The position numbers were made by a program, and so were the translations under genes. Under the pieces are notes generated by a model that had not been told where the DNA came from, made no database searches, and was given only the letters and a program-made list of their open reading frames with translations. Of a stretch of DNA of 64,000 nucleotides, positions 17,879-26,805 are shown piece by piece. How positions within the stretch are numbered: the stretch's first letter is position 1; every line of letters starts with the position of its first letter. Source of the stretch: Oscillospiraceae bacterium (GTDB lineage Bacteria > Bacillota > Clostridia > Oscillospirales > Ruminococcaceae); assembly GCA_045631325.1 (NCBI GenBank), contig JAZQUO010000060.1, forward strand, positions 10,274-74,273, in the 5' to 3' direction.

Positions 17879-19312
17879 TTGAAAAACAACAGAATAAAAG
17901 CATGCGTTCTCCTTTCGGCAGCTCTTTTTGCCGGGACTCTCGGAATTTCTGTCGGGGAGACCCAGGCAAGATATAACAACAGGATTTTTTGCAGTACGGT
18001 TCTTGAAATTCCGGAACCGGAAATTGAAAGCGAAGTTCTTTTTAAAAACGGCGAAACGCCGGTTACGGTTTATCTTGGAAAAGCCGAAGAAGGAAAAACT
18101 TTTTCGATTCCCCTTAAATCTTCCGGAGCGGGAACGAAAGAAAAAATAAGCTGGAATATTAAATCCGAGGGAACAGGAACCGAGGATGTTGAGGTGGAAT
18201 TCATAACCGGAGAAAAAGTTCTTGTTTCCGGGGAAGAAATCGAAATCGGAAACGAAACCGAAACGGCGGTTGAAATGAAAATAATTCCTCCTTCCGGCGA
18301 ACACGGCGAAATTACGACAACAGTTGAAGTTGCGGTAGGAGAAGAACTTTCCGGCAAATTTAAAGTTGTTTTTTCGGAAGCAACCGTTTCCGGTGAAGTT
18401 TCCGGAGAATCCGGAACAACCGATATTCCTCCGGAAGGCGGAAATATGGAAACTCCTCCGGCTGAAGAACCGGAAAACGGCGGTTCGGAAAATTCTTCCG
18501 GAAACACCGAAGGAAGCGCACCCACCGTTAACGCAGGAACAAATGCGGAGATAAAAACAATTCCGTATTTTGATTCGGATGGAAAACTTCCGGTTGCGAT
18601 GAATCTTCCGGGCGGAATCCGAACAGTTAAAATCGGAATCAGCGAAGAAGGAAGCTTTAAAAATCTTCCGGCGGGAACAAAAATAAGTCTTGATAACGGA
18701 GAAAGTTACTATATGGTTTCCGAAGGGGCGGATGCAGAATTCCCGGTTTCGGAATTTTACGTGCTTGAATCCGGATATGCGCTTTTGCTTGATTTTGAAA
18801 AAGCGGAAATTGATACCGCAAAAGAACTTGTTATTGCGATTGAAACAACATCAACATCGGGAGCAACGACAAATTATAGCGTTTCATCAACTCCCGTTGA
18901 TTTTGAAAGCGGAAAAATGAAAATTGCTTCTTCTGTCGAGCAGCTTGTTGACGCGGAGGAAAGCGGTAAACCCTGTATTCTTTCTCAAGGCGATTGGATT
19001 GAAACCGAGTTTATGAAAGAATGGATCAGCAACGGAATAACTTACAGCTGTGACGTGATGATTCTTTCCGAGTTTATTGATGGGAAACCTGTTTTTTACG
19101 ATACGGGAGAGGATTTTGACAAAGGAACTTACACCGTTAACGAAGAGGAAGGTTCCTGCGTTCGTATTTTAAAGCCGGGGAAATTTGTTCCCGCGGCGGG
19201 AACTTACGAAATGATTATTCGTTGGGAATTTGAAGGGATTTGTTTTTATAACGAACGAACCACCTTTTTTATAAATTATCTTTCCGACATATATTCAACC
19301 TTTGAAAGTTAG
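17879..19312 (+). CDS. secreted protein of the fibre locus (ARY-motif class) with Ig-like or acidic regions
   Basis: N-terminus is ACVLLSAALFAGTLGISVGETQARYNNRIFCSTVLEIPEPE, which shares ARY..IF..(V/L)E(V/I)xEPE with the 17231 protein. GGAAAGGAG RBS. Confidence 0.55.
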   Translation: MKNNRIKACVLLSAALFAGTLGISVGETQARYNNRIFCSTVLEIPEPEIESEVLFKNGETPVTVYLGKAEEGKTFSIPLKSSGAGTKEKISWNIKSEGTGTEDVEVEFITGEKVLVSGEEIEIGNETETAVEMKIIPPSGEHGEITTTVEVAVGEELSGKFKVVFSEATVSGEVSGESGTTDIPPEGGNMETPPAEEPENGGSENSSGNTEGSAPTVNAGTNAEIKTIPYFDSDGKLPVAMNLPGGIRTVKIGISEEGSFKNLPAGTKISLDNGESYYMVSEGADAEFPVSEFYVLESGYALLLDFEKAEIDTAKELVIAIETTSTSGATTNYSVSSTPVDFESGKMKIASSVEQLVDAEESGKPCILSQGDWIETEFMKEWISNGITYSCDVMILSEFIDGKPVFYDTGEDFDKGTYTVNEEEGSCVRILKPGKFVPAAGTYEMIIRWEFEGICFYNERTTFFINYLSDIYSTFES

Positions 19313-19320
19313 GAGGTGCC

Positions 19321-22300
19321 TTGAAGTTGACAGAAACACAGAGACGAATTGAGGCATATCAAAAGGCATTACCCGGAATAAGGGAGAAAGTTACGGCGGT
19401 GGCAATGCTGCTTGCGCTTTCTGTTATTATGCTTACTTCCGCATCTTTTGCCTGGCTTACGATTTCGTATGCGCCGGAAGTTTCGGAAATCAGCACGACC
19501 GTTGCGGCAAACGGTAACCTGGAAATTGCATTGGCAACAGGAAACGGATTGCTTCCGCCCGGAGAATCGCAGATCGGAGATTCGGCGGCAGCGGAGAATC
19601 AAACCATTGTTAATGCGAATAACACATGGGGTAACCTTATCAACCTGAACGATGCTGCATACGGTTTGGAAAACCTTGTTTTGAGACCGGCACAGCTCAA
19701 CAGGTCCGACCTCCTGGGAAGCCCTTTGTACGGCGCTCTTTACACTACTGACGGTCGTATTGAAAAACTGAGCAGTGACTTTGCATATACGTCATGGGTT
19801 CCGCCGCAAGATCCCCGTCCGGGTTATTTCGGTCTCAGTTCCGGCGTTGGCGTAAGGGCGATTTCTTCCACAAAGGTAACCGCAGAAGGCGCATGGGTCG
19901 TTATAAACCAGCTTAAGGGCGACGCAGAATCTGCCAATGCTGCTGCGGGTGACAAATATATCGAGCTCACCAAAAACCAGGGATATATGGAATCTCTTTC
20001 GTATATCATGGGCGTATTCATGACGGACAGAATGAACCCGGATTCAGGTGATGAATATAACAACCAGAGCATAGATACAACCCACCTTGGAAACCTTGTC
20101 AAGATGTATAATGCTTTTGAGGATGTTTTTGAACTTGAAGCACAGGCTCTTGTAAAAATGCTGAATCTTCAGCTTTATTTGCTGAATGGCGGACACACGG
20201 ATCAATATACTGAATTTACGGTAGAGACTATGATGGCCAACGACCAGGCATCTTTGAACAGACTCGGCCTTAAAATCACAGATTTCAATACTTTCAAAAA
20301 TGACTACAACCTCATTAAAAACGACAGAGCTGTTCTTGAAGCAATATCCGGGGCAGGAAATGTAAAATGGCTCGGAGATCCTAATGTTGCAGGAGGACGT
20401 TCACTTAAACAGGTTATAGGTTCTCTTGTAAACCTTTCGACCTGTACCGTAAACGGAGATCCTATCAGTTCCATAGGTGCGTCAAAAGCTCTTGAACTGA
20501 ACAACAAGAAGAAAGTTCCGGCAATTATTACAAACGGAGTAATTTACAACTTCGAGCGCCGCGTTGGTGTTTATATGGAGGTTGGTAAAGAATATAACAG
20601 CGGAAATGGTCTTAAAATTATAGCAAAAGGTACGCGCTATGGTATGTCTATGAACGGTACCATTTATGCATATATTACTACTTCCGCTACACCGCCCAGC
20701 CTTTTCTTTACTGATCTTGAAAATTCCATTGACCTTGCAGGTGAATTTGAAGGCGAAATCGTTGCGCAGGATACATACGGAATGGCTGTGGACTTCTGGG
20801 TACGCACAAACACCCCAAACAGCTACCTTGTTCTTGAAGGCAACGTTCTTACAACCAGCGAACAGGTCGTTGCAACCGGCGAAGATGCAGACGGAAATAC
20901 GGTCGAAATCTATACCGTTACAAGAGAAGAAACTGTGACAAATGAGGAAACAAACGAAACCGAAAAAGTTATTGTACCGATAGATGTTTACAAGAAAGAA
21001 GTGGACGGAACAGAAAAATGGTATTATGCAACCGGTCACAGGGAGTTTACTCTTAATGATGGAGAAACACCGACCAAAAAGATGGATACCATTACAACCG
21101 TTATCGGATTTGAGGGAGAAAACCGCGTTTGGGACGATTCCATGCTTTCAGTCGATGCAACAACTCAGGGCGGAGGAAGCTGTTATGTTTACTATGCGGA
21201 TACTCCGGAAGACCAGGCAAAATCCCTTAAACTTCTGAACGCTTTCAAAGTAGCTTTTGTAGGCGCTGACGGTAAACTTCTTGCCGAAGCGGAGATGGAT
21301 ACTGCAAAGTTTTTTGCGGAAAGCGGACGTGTTACTGTACCGTTGGTGCTTTCTCCGAGCGCAAGTGTAAGCCTTGGAACCGATGATGCCGGAAATGAAA
21401 TTTTCGGTATTACCAAGCTTGAAAAAAATCAGGCAACAAGAATAACCGCAATAGTTTATCTTGACGGTACCAAACTTACAAACGAAGAAGTTCTTGCGGC
21501 AGCAGATATTCAGGGACAGCTTAATATCCAGTTCGGTTCAAGCGGCGATATGGTTCCGATTGACAATGAGGAACTTGAACAGAAAGAAAGAACAGTAACG
21601 GCAACTGTTGACAACACAAGTTTCGACTATGACACGCATGTGGGTGATATGAAATCCACTGTTACAGTTACTGTTATGGGAGAACAGCCGAAAAACGTAA
21701 CTGCATTTTTCCTTCGCCAGATCAACGCGACCCAGGGTTCCCGTGAAGAGAAAATGACTTTTACAAAGAATGCAAACGGCGATTGGACAGCGGATTACAT
21801 ATTTACTTCTCCCGGTAAATATATTTTGAGAAGCGTTAAACTTGACGGCGTCGATTATGACCTTGCTTCTCCGCCGCAGGTTGTTATTACCGGTTTCAGA
21901 GTTGAAAACCTTACCTGCGCAGCTGCAGACGAGGACAGAAATATAAAAGTTCTTTCTACGGAAAACTCTTATACGACCGACTTTACAATTAAATTCGCTG
22001 CTGACAGCGAGGAAAAAATGCCTAAATCCGTCCAGGGACGTTTTACCAAAGAGGACGGAACGATGGTAAATATCAACTTCAAGTATGACCCGACAACCCA
22101 TATCTGGAGCGGTTCCGGCACTTTTGCCGCGTCGGGCGACTATACAATGCAGTACGTTGTTCTTGACGGAAGACATGTTGAACTTGAAGAGGGAATGAGA
22201 TTTACCGCAGACATCACTCTTGGTATTAAAGTTGCGGTTTATACAACAAGCCCCACTTCTTTCAAGTTCGACCTTGATGAAATGAAACCGAACGAAAGAC

Positions 22301-23916
22301 TTCTTGGAATGCAGGTTCGTATTATGGACAACGCGGGCGACGCGATGACCGCAATGACCGATATAGACCTTTACTATAAGATGGAAGGTTCCGCAAGAAC
22401 CATGCATACCGAACTTGAATGGGATTCGAGCATTGGATATTATACGGGTAATCTTACAACACTCGGTGAAGGACGCTGGAACTTCGAAAGACTTGAAATG
22501 GGTACTAACGTTATTACTTCCGCAATAACTTCGCCTGTTTTCACGATTTTCTCTTCCAATATGCCGAAGCTTTATAATGATCCTTACGTTACCAGTCCTT
22601 ATCAGTTTGTTCCCGACAGGGACGCAAAGATGAGCATTCGTCTTGTAAATGCAAACGGCGCGGAAGTTAATGCGATTTTTGTTAACACAAAAACCAACCT
22701 TGAATATACGGTTCCGTATACCAACAGCGTTTCTTCCGAAACGGAGGAAGGAATTGTTGAATACACCGAGTTCATGTTTGCGCTTCCGAAAGATTCGGTT
22801 CAGGATGGCATCTGGCGTATGGACCAGATTCTTGTAACGAACTGTATCGGCGATGACGGAAGCTATATTCCCGCAGGTTCCAGCAGACCTTATGTTATTG
22901 ACCTTGAAGATAAAAACTACACAACGAAAGTTGTTGAAACGGTAAGTGTTTCTATTCCCGCGGGTCAGAATATCGTAAGAGGTGCAAATGACGGTGACGG
23001 AAACGGAACGATTGAAAGCGGAGAAATCAGCGGAGCATTTATGCAGAGCCAGAGTATCTCCGGATTTAAAATCAAGGTTCTGGACTTTGAAAATGTGCCT
23101 ATTAAAAATGCCGACGCTGTTACAATTCCTTTCAGTTACCATGATGACAGTGAAAGCTACGGCGGATACACCATAAACAACGCCGGCGATATCACAGACG
23201 ACGATTTCACGCTTTCTTTCACATGGAATGAGGGAGAAGGCTGTTATGTCAGCGGAGAAGTAAGCCGTCCTTATGCGGGTACTTATACTGCGGAATCGAT
23301 AGCGGTTCGTTTCAGCACAAAGACATTCACATTCTCCGGAGAAACAGCTCCGGCAAATATGCCGAACGTTGCAATCTATTCTGTGAAACCGACGGTCGAA
23401 ATTGCTTCTATGGATCCAAACCCAGAAAATGGCCAATATACCACAATAAACGCAGATGCAGAAGAAATGAAAGTTAGTACGACTGTAGAAGGAAGAACAA
23501 TTAAAATTTTCCCTGAAATTGTATTGACAAAAGATGGAAGGGGATGCACTACAGGAACATCACTGACAAGACAAGCTATGGTAGAATTAGAATTGATTGG
23601 TCTTGGAAGCGGCAGCAAGGCAACATTGAAATTTACCTCAAATTACTCCAATGGCACGGTTTATATGTATGCTGTTAATGCAAACAACGGAAAAGGAAGC
23701 CAGACCGGAAATTATGAATGGACAAACGGTACGAATCTTGTTACAAGAATCATCGGTAACTATTTGACTGCAGGCTGCAGCGAGATGTCTCAGATAAAAA
23801 ATGCAGGAACGCTAACATCTGACAGCTTTATTACCATTGAATACACGGTCAGCGGCACTACCACAACCATTACTTTCACTGTTGCTGTGGAACCTATCAC
23901 AATTATTCAGGAATAA
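19321..23916 (+). CDS. giant TasA/camelysin-like paralog (1531 aa) with SipW-type signal peptide; candidate tip or adhesin subunit
   Basis: N-terminus LLALSVIMLTSASFAWLTISYAPEVSEISTTVAANGNLEIAL closely parallels the 4861 protein. An internal TAIVYLDGTKLTNEE..QLNIQFGSS block (around 21450..21540) matches the C-terminus of the 4861 protein and is followed by ~790 aa of extra domains. AGGAGG RBS with TTG start. Confidence 0.7.
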   Translation: MKLTETQRRIEAYQKALPGIREKVTAVAMLLALSVIMLTSASFAWLTISYAPEVSEISTTVAANGNLEIALATGNGLLPPGESQIGDSAAAENQTIVNANNTWGNLINLNDAAYGLENLVLRPAQLNRSDLLGSPLYGALYTTDGRIEKLSSDFAYTSWVPPQDPRPGYFGLSSGVGVRAISSTKVTAEGAWVVINQLKGDAESANAAAGDKYIELTKNQGYMESLSYIMGVFMTDRMNPDSGDEYNNQSIDTTHLGNLVKMYNAFEDVFELEAQALVKMLNLQLYLLNGGHTDQYTEFTVETMMANDQASLNRLGLKITDFNTFKNDYNLIKNDRAVLEAISGAGNVKWLGDPNVAGGRSLKQVIGSLVNLSTCTVNGDPISSIGASKALELNNKKKVPAIITNGVIYNFERRVGVYMEVGKEYNSGNGLKIIAKGTRYGMSMNGTIYAYITTSATPPSLFFTDLENSIDLAGEFEGEIVAQDTYGMAVDFWVRTNTPNSYLVLEGNVLTTSEQVVATGEDADGNTVEIYTVTREETVTNEETNETEKVIVPIDVYKKEVDGTEKWYYATGHREFTLNDGETPTKKMDTITTVIGFEGENRVWDDSMLSVDATTQGGGSCYVYYADTPEDQAKSLKLLNAFKVAFVGADGKLLAEAEMDTAKFFAESGRVTVPLVLSPSASVSLGTDDAGNEIFGITKLEKNQATRITAIVYLDGTKLTNEEVLAAADIQGQLNIQFGSSGDMVPIDNEELEQKERTVTATVDNTSFDYDTHVGDMKSTVTVTVMGEQPKNVTAFFLRQINATQGSREEKMTFTKNANGDWTADYIFTSPGKYILRSVKLDGVDYDLASPPQVVITGFRVENLTCAAADEDRNIKVLSTENSYTTDFTIKFAADSEEKMPKSVQGRFTKEDGTMVNINFKYDPTTHIWSGSGTFAASGDYTMQYVVLDGRHVELEEGMRFTADITLGIKVAVYTTSPTSFKFDLDEMKPNERLLGMQVRIMDNAGDAMTAMTDIDLYYKMEGSARTMHTELEWDSSIGYYTGNLTTLGEGRWNFERLEMGTNVITSAITSPVFTIFSSNMPKLYNDPYVTSPYQFVPDRDAKMSIRLVNANGAEVNAIFVNTKTNLEYTVPYTNSVSSETEEGIVEYTEFMFALPKDSVQDGIWRMDQILVTNCIGDDGSYIPAGSSRPYVIDLEDKNYTTKVVETVSVSIPAGQNIVRGANDGDGNGTIESGEISGAFMQSQSISGFKIKVLDFENVPIKNADAVTIPFSYHDDSESYGGYTINNAGDITDDDFTLSFTWNEGEGCYVSGEVSRPYAGTYTAESIAVRFSTKTFTFSGETAPANMPNVAIYSVKPTVEIASMDPNPENGQYTTINADAEEMKVSTTVEGRTIKIFPEIVLTKDGRGCTTGTSLTRQAMVELELIGLGSGSKATLKFTSNYSNGTVYMYAVNANNGKGSQTGNYEWTNGTNLVTRIIGNYLTAGCSEMSQIKNAGTLTSDSFITIEYTVSGTTTTITFTVAVEPITIIQE

Positions 23917-23925
23917 AAAATATAG

Positions 23926-23960
23926 CGGTCTTCCGGTTTCTTTCAAAAACCGGAAGACCG
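23926..23960 (+). terminator. 14-bp stem-loop after the 1531-aa gene
   Basis: cggtcttccggttt-ctttcaa-aaaccggaagaccg. No strong T-run follows. Confidence 0.5.
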
Positions 23961-24027
23961 GCAACCACATTGGCAAAAATTTATTGCGGATTTATTTTCG
24001 AATAAGTTTTTTGCAGGAGGGTTTGAT

Positions 24028-24744
24028 ATGAATTTAATTATCAAAGAAATTGCAGATCTGGGTTTGTCGAAAACTTTTTACGACGTATTTTTTGCGTTAG
24101 GTTTTGTTTCGGTTTTTCTGTTTATCTTCTATCTTGGAAGAAAAATGGACGTAAAACCATTGAAAATAGCGGAAATCGTTCTGACGGTTTATCCTTTGTC
24201 AGTACTGTGGATGTTTGTAATGTACTGGATTGAAACCGGCTATTTCGGTGGGAACAACATTGTAAGAGTCTTTGTTTACGTTCCGGTGATTGCATATCCG
24301 ATGGCAAAAACTTTTGAGCTGCCTTATAAAAAAGTTTTGAGCATGGTTGCTCTTGGTCCTGCGGCGGTACACGCAATAAGCCATTACGGATGCATATTTG
24401 AAGGATGCTGCTGCGGATATATACAGGATTGGGGAATTTACAGCCCGATAACCGGGGCACTGCATTTTCCGTCACAGCCGATAGAAGCCACAGCTGCCTT
24501 GCTTATTGTTTTTTATTTGCTTTACAGAGCAAATAAACGCGATTATGTTCCCGACGGACTGGAATATCCGTTGATGCTTACTTTGTTTGGTTCAAGCAGA
24601 TTTATCTTTGAGTTTTTGAGAGATAACGAGAAGATATGGCTTGGATGTTCTTCTCTTGCATTCCATGCACTGTTCATGTTTGTTGTGGGAATCGTCTGGA
24701 TTATTGTTGCGAAAAGAAAATCAAAGGACTTGAAAATCTTTTGA
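24028..24744 (+). CDS. divergent prolipoprotein diacylglyceryl transferase (Lgt)-like membrane protein
   Basis: The protein is polytopic. HYGCIFEGCCCGY resembles Lgt GRLGCFxxGCCxG, FPSQPIEATAALLIVFYLLY resembles P-x-Q-L-Y-E, and SSRFIFEFLRDNE resembles RFxIEFxR. AGGAGG RBS. Confidence 0.5.
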   Translation: MNLIIKEIADLGLSKTFYDVFFALGFVSVFLFIFYLGRKMDVKPLKIAEIVLTVYPLSVLWMFVMYWIETGYFGGNNIVRVFVYVPVIAYPMAKTFELPYKKVLSMVALGPAAVHAISHYGCIFEGCCCGYIQDWGIYSPITGALHFPSQPIEATAALLIVFYLLYRANKRDYVPDGLEYPLMLTLFGSSRFIFEFLRDNEKIWLGCSSLAFHALFMFVVGIVWIIVAKRKSKDLKIF

Positions 24745-24769
24745 TTTATGGGTAAAAGGAGGCACCACT

Positions 24770-26602
24770 ATGTTAAGTGCAGTAAATAAATATATTTCAC
24801 GTCTTCTGGCGGTGCTTCTTGCGGCGGTGATATGCTTTGGTTTTGCGCCGGTTGCTTTTGCAATGGAAGGCGTTGAAGAAACACCGGAAACTCAGGAAGA
24901 AAATGTTGAAACCCAGGAAGAAAACAAACCGGAAGTTCCGAAAGTTACAAGCGGAAACTGCGGAGCGGGACTTTCCTGGAATTTTTCCGGAGGAACTCTT
25001 TCGATTTCCGGTTCCGGAGAAATGGACAATTATTCGGAAAACCGTTTTGCCCCCTGGTATGATTTAAGAGATGAAATTGTAAGAGTTTCGCTTCCGAACG
25101 GACTTGGTTCTGTTGGCAGCCTTGCTTTTTACAGATGCAAAAACATTACCGCCGTTACGATTCCCGGATCTGTTGAAAAAATAGGCCAATATGCTTTCGC
25201 GGATTGCCGCGGATTGCAGATACTTAATCTTGGAGGCGGAGTCAGAAGCATAGGCGAGGGCGCTTTTTCGGATTGTCTTTCAATTGTTTCGCTCAATCTT
25301 CCCGGATCCTTGAATTCCATAGGAATGAAGGCGTTTTACCGTTGTGAAACAATAACAACAGTTATGATCCCCGCAAGTGTAACAAATATCGGACTTTCTG
25401 CTTTCGGTTATTGCAAAAACCTTGTTTCCGCAACTATAAATGCGCAGATTTCCGTTTTGCCGGAATTCATGTTTTACGGATGTGAAAAACTTTCTTCGGT
25501 AACTCTTCCGGAAACACTCAGAGACGTTGGGGAATATTGTTTTGAGGAATGCGACAACCTTACAAACGTTTATTATAACGGGGAAAGTATTCCTTCTGAA
25601 GATCTTGAAAAAGAAATCGGAGGAACTGTAAGCAAGGGAGAGGCTCCCGGCGAAAGTTCCGGAGGCATTCTTAAAGAAAATGAGGACGGAACTGTTATTT
25701 CAGAAAATACTTCCGTTTCCGAAGGGGAAGATTCGACAGTTACAACCACAACGGAAACCGTTATCGACCCGGAAGAGGGAACAGTCGAGAGTTCGAAATC
25801 TGACATTATGGTAAGTATTGAAGGAGATAAAGGCTGGGAAGAGGCAACCAAAAAAATCGAAAATATTCTTGATGAAATCGAAGCGGATGAGAGTAATTCG
25901 GAAAAGCACACAGACATTTATCTTTTTATAACAAAGACAGAAAATATTTCCAAGGAATTCATTGAGACTGTTGCGGGAAGAGATGTTACCGTTACAATTA
26001 CCACCGAAAACGGTTCGGTCTGGATTATAAACGGAAAGGATATTGACACGGCGCAGCTTTCGGGAAATTACAGCCTTGCTTACGTTCTTGAAGCGGGTTC
26101 GGCGGAACTTTCCGAGAAGCTCGGAGCGGGAACAAGCTTTGTGCTTAAATTCCTTGCGCCGGCGGAGATAAACGCGGAAGTTCTTATCCGAATCGGCGGA
26201 AATTACGCAAGACAGAACGCAAGCCTTTTCCAGGACGGAAAAGAACTTACGAAAGTTCAGAGCGTTGTTGTTGATAATGAAGGATATGCGCATTTTTACC
26301 TTGGTTCCGTAACCGAAAAGACGGAATATTATATCGGAATGAATGTTCCGGGTGCTTCTGAAGAAGCGATTGTTCCGCAGAACATGCTTGCGGAATACGG
26401 AAACGCGGAATTTACCGAACCGATAAAATATGAAATTACCGGAAGAACTTCTTCCTGGGGAATGGGTCTTGGGCAGGTTATGAGCATTCTTGCGGCGGTA
26501 ATGGTTACTGTAATAATTATTGTCGGCGCGGTTATGTTCTTCTGGAACAGGCAAAGACTTAAAAACGGTTATGTACCGGATCTTGATGAAGAAGAAACTT
26601 AA
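24770..26602 (+). CDS. BspA-type leucine-rich-repeat surface protein with C-terminal TM anchor
   Basis: It has a signal peptide and tandem repeats of about 23 aa (VTIPGSVEKIGQYAFADCRGL, LNLGGGVRSIGEGAFSDCLSI, LNLPGSLNSIGMKAFYRCETI, VMIPASVTNIGLSAFGYCKNL). C-terminal TM is VMSILAAVMVTVIIIVGAVMFFW. Confidence 0.75.
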   Translation: MLSAVNKYISRLLAVLLAAVICFGFAPVAFAMEGVEETPETQEENVETQEENKPEVPKVTSGNCGAGLSWNFSGGTLSISGSGEMDNYSENRFAPWYDLRDEIVRVSLPNGLGSVGSLAFYRCKNITAVTIPGSVEKIGQYAFADCRGLQILNLGGGVRSIGEGAFSDCLSIVSLNLPGSLNSIGMKAFYRCETITTVMIPASVTNIGLSAFGYCKNLVSATINAQISVLPEFMFYGCEKLSSVTLPETLRDVGEYCFEECDNLTNVYYNGESIPSEDLEKEIGGTVSKGEAPGESSGGILKENEDGTVISENTSVSEGEDSTVTTTTETVIDPEEGTVESSKSDIMVSIEGDKGWEEATKKIENILDEIEADESNSEKHTDIYLFITKTENISKEFIETVAGRDVTVTITTENGSVWIINGKDIDTAQLSGNYSLAYVLEAGSAELSEKLGAGTSFVLKFLAPAEINAEVLIRIGGNYARQNASLFQDGKELTKVQSVVVDNEGYAHFYLGSVTEKTEYYIGMNVPGASEEAIVPQNMLAEYGNAEFTEPIKYEITGRTSSWGMGLGQVMSILAAVMVTVIIIVGAVMFFWNRQRLKNGYVPDLDEEET

Positions 26603-26604
26603 TA

Positions 26605-26638
26605 AAAAATCCCCGGAAAATTTTTCCGGGGATTTTTT
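26605..26638 (+). terminator. Rho-independent terminator (bidirectional form)
   Basis: aaaaatccccggaaaa-t-ttttccggggattttt. Confidence 0.8.
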
Positions 26639-26670
26639 CTATATAATATTATATATATTATAAAAAAGTA

Positions 26671-26699
26671 TTGCATTTTAAAGGAAGCGGTGGTAAAAT
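26671..26699 (+). promoter_or_regulatory. sigma-A-like promoter of the giant surface protein gene
   Basis: TTGCAT, a 17-nt spacer, then TAAAAT. An AT-rich UP-like tract lies upstream. Confidence 0.5.
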
Positions 26700-26805
26700 A
26701 ACAATGAATATTTATGATGGAAAGTGGGGTATTGCCTCACTCGGTTTCGACCGGTTTTGTATCATAAATAAAAAGTGCGAAAGCACGTAAATCATAGGAG
26801 GAGAT

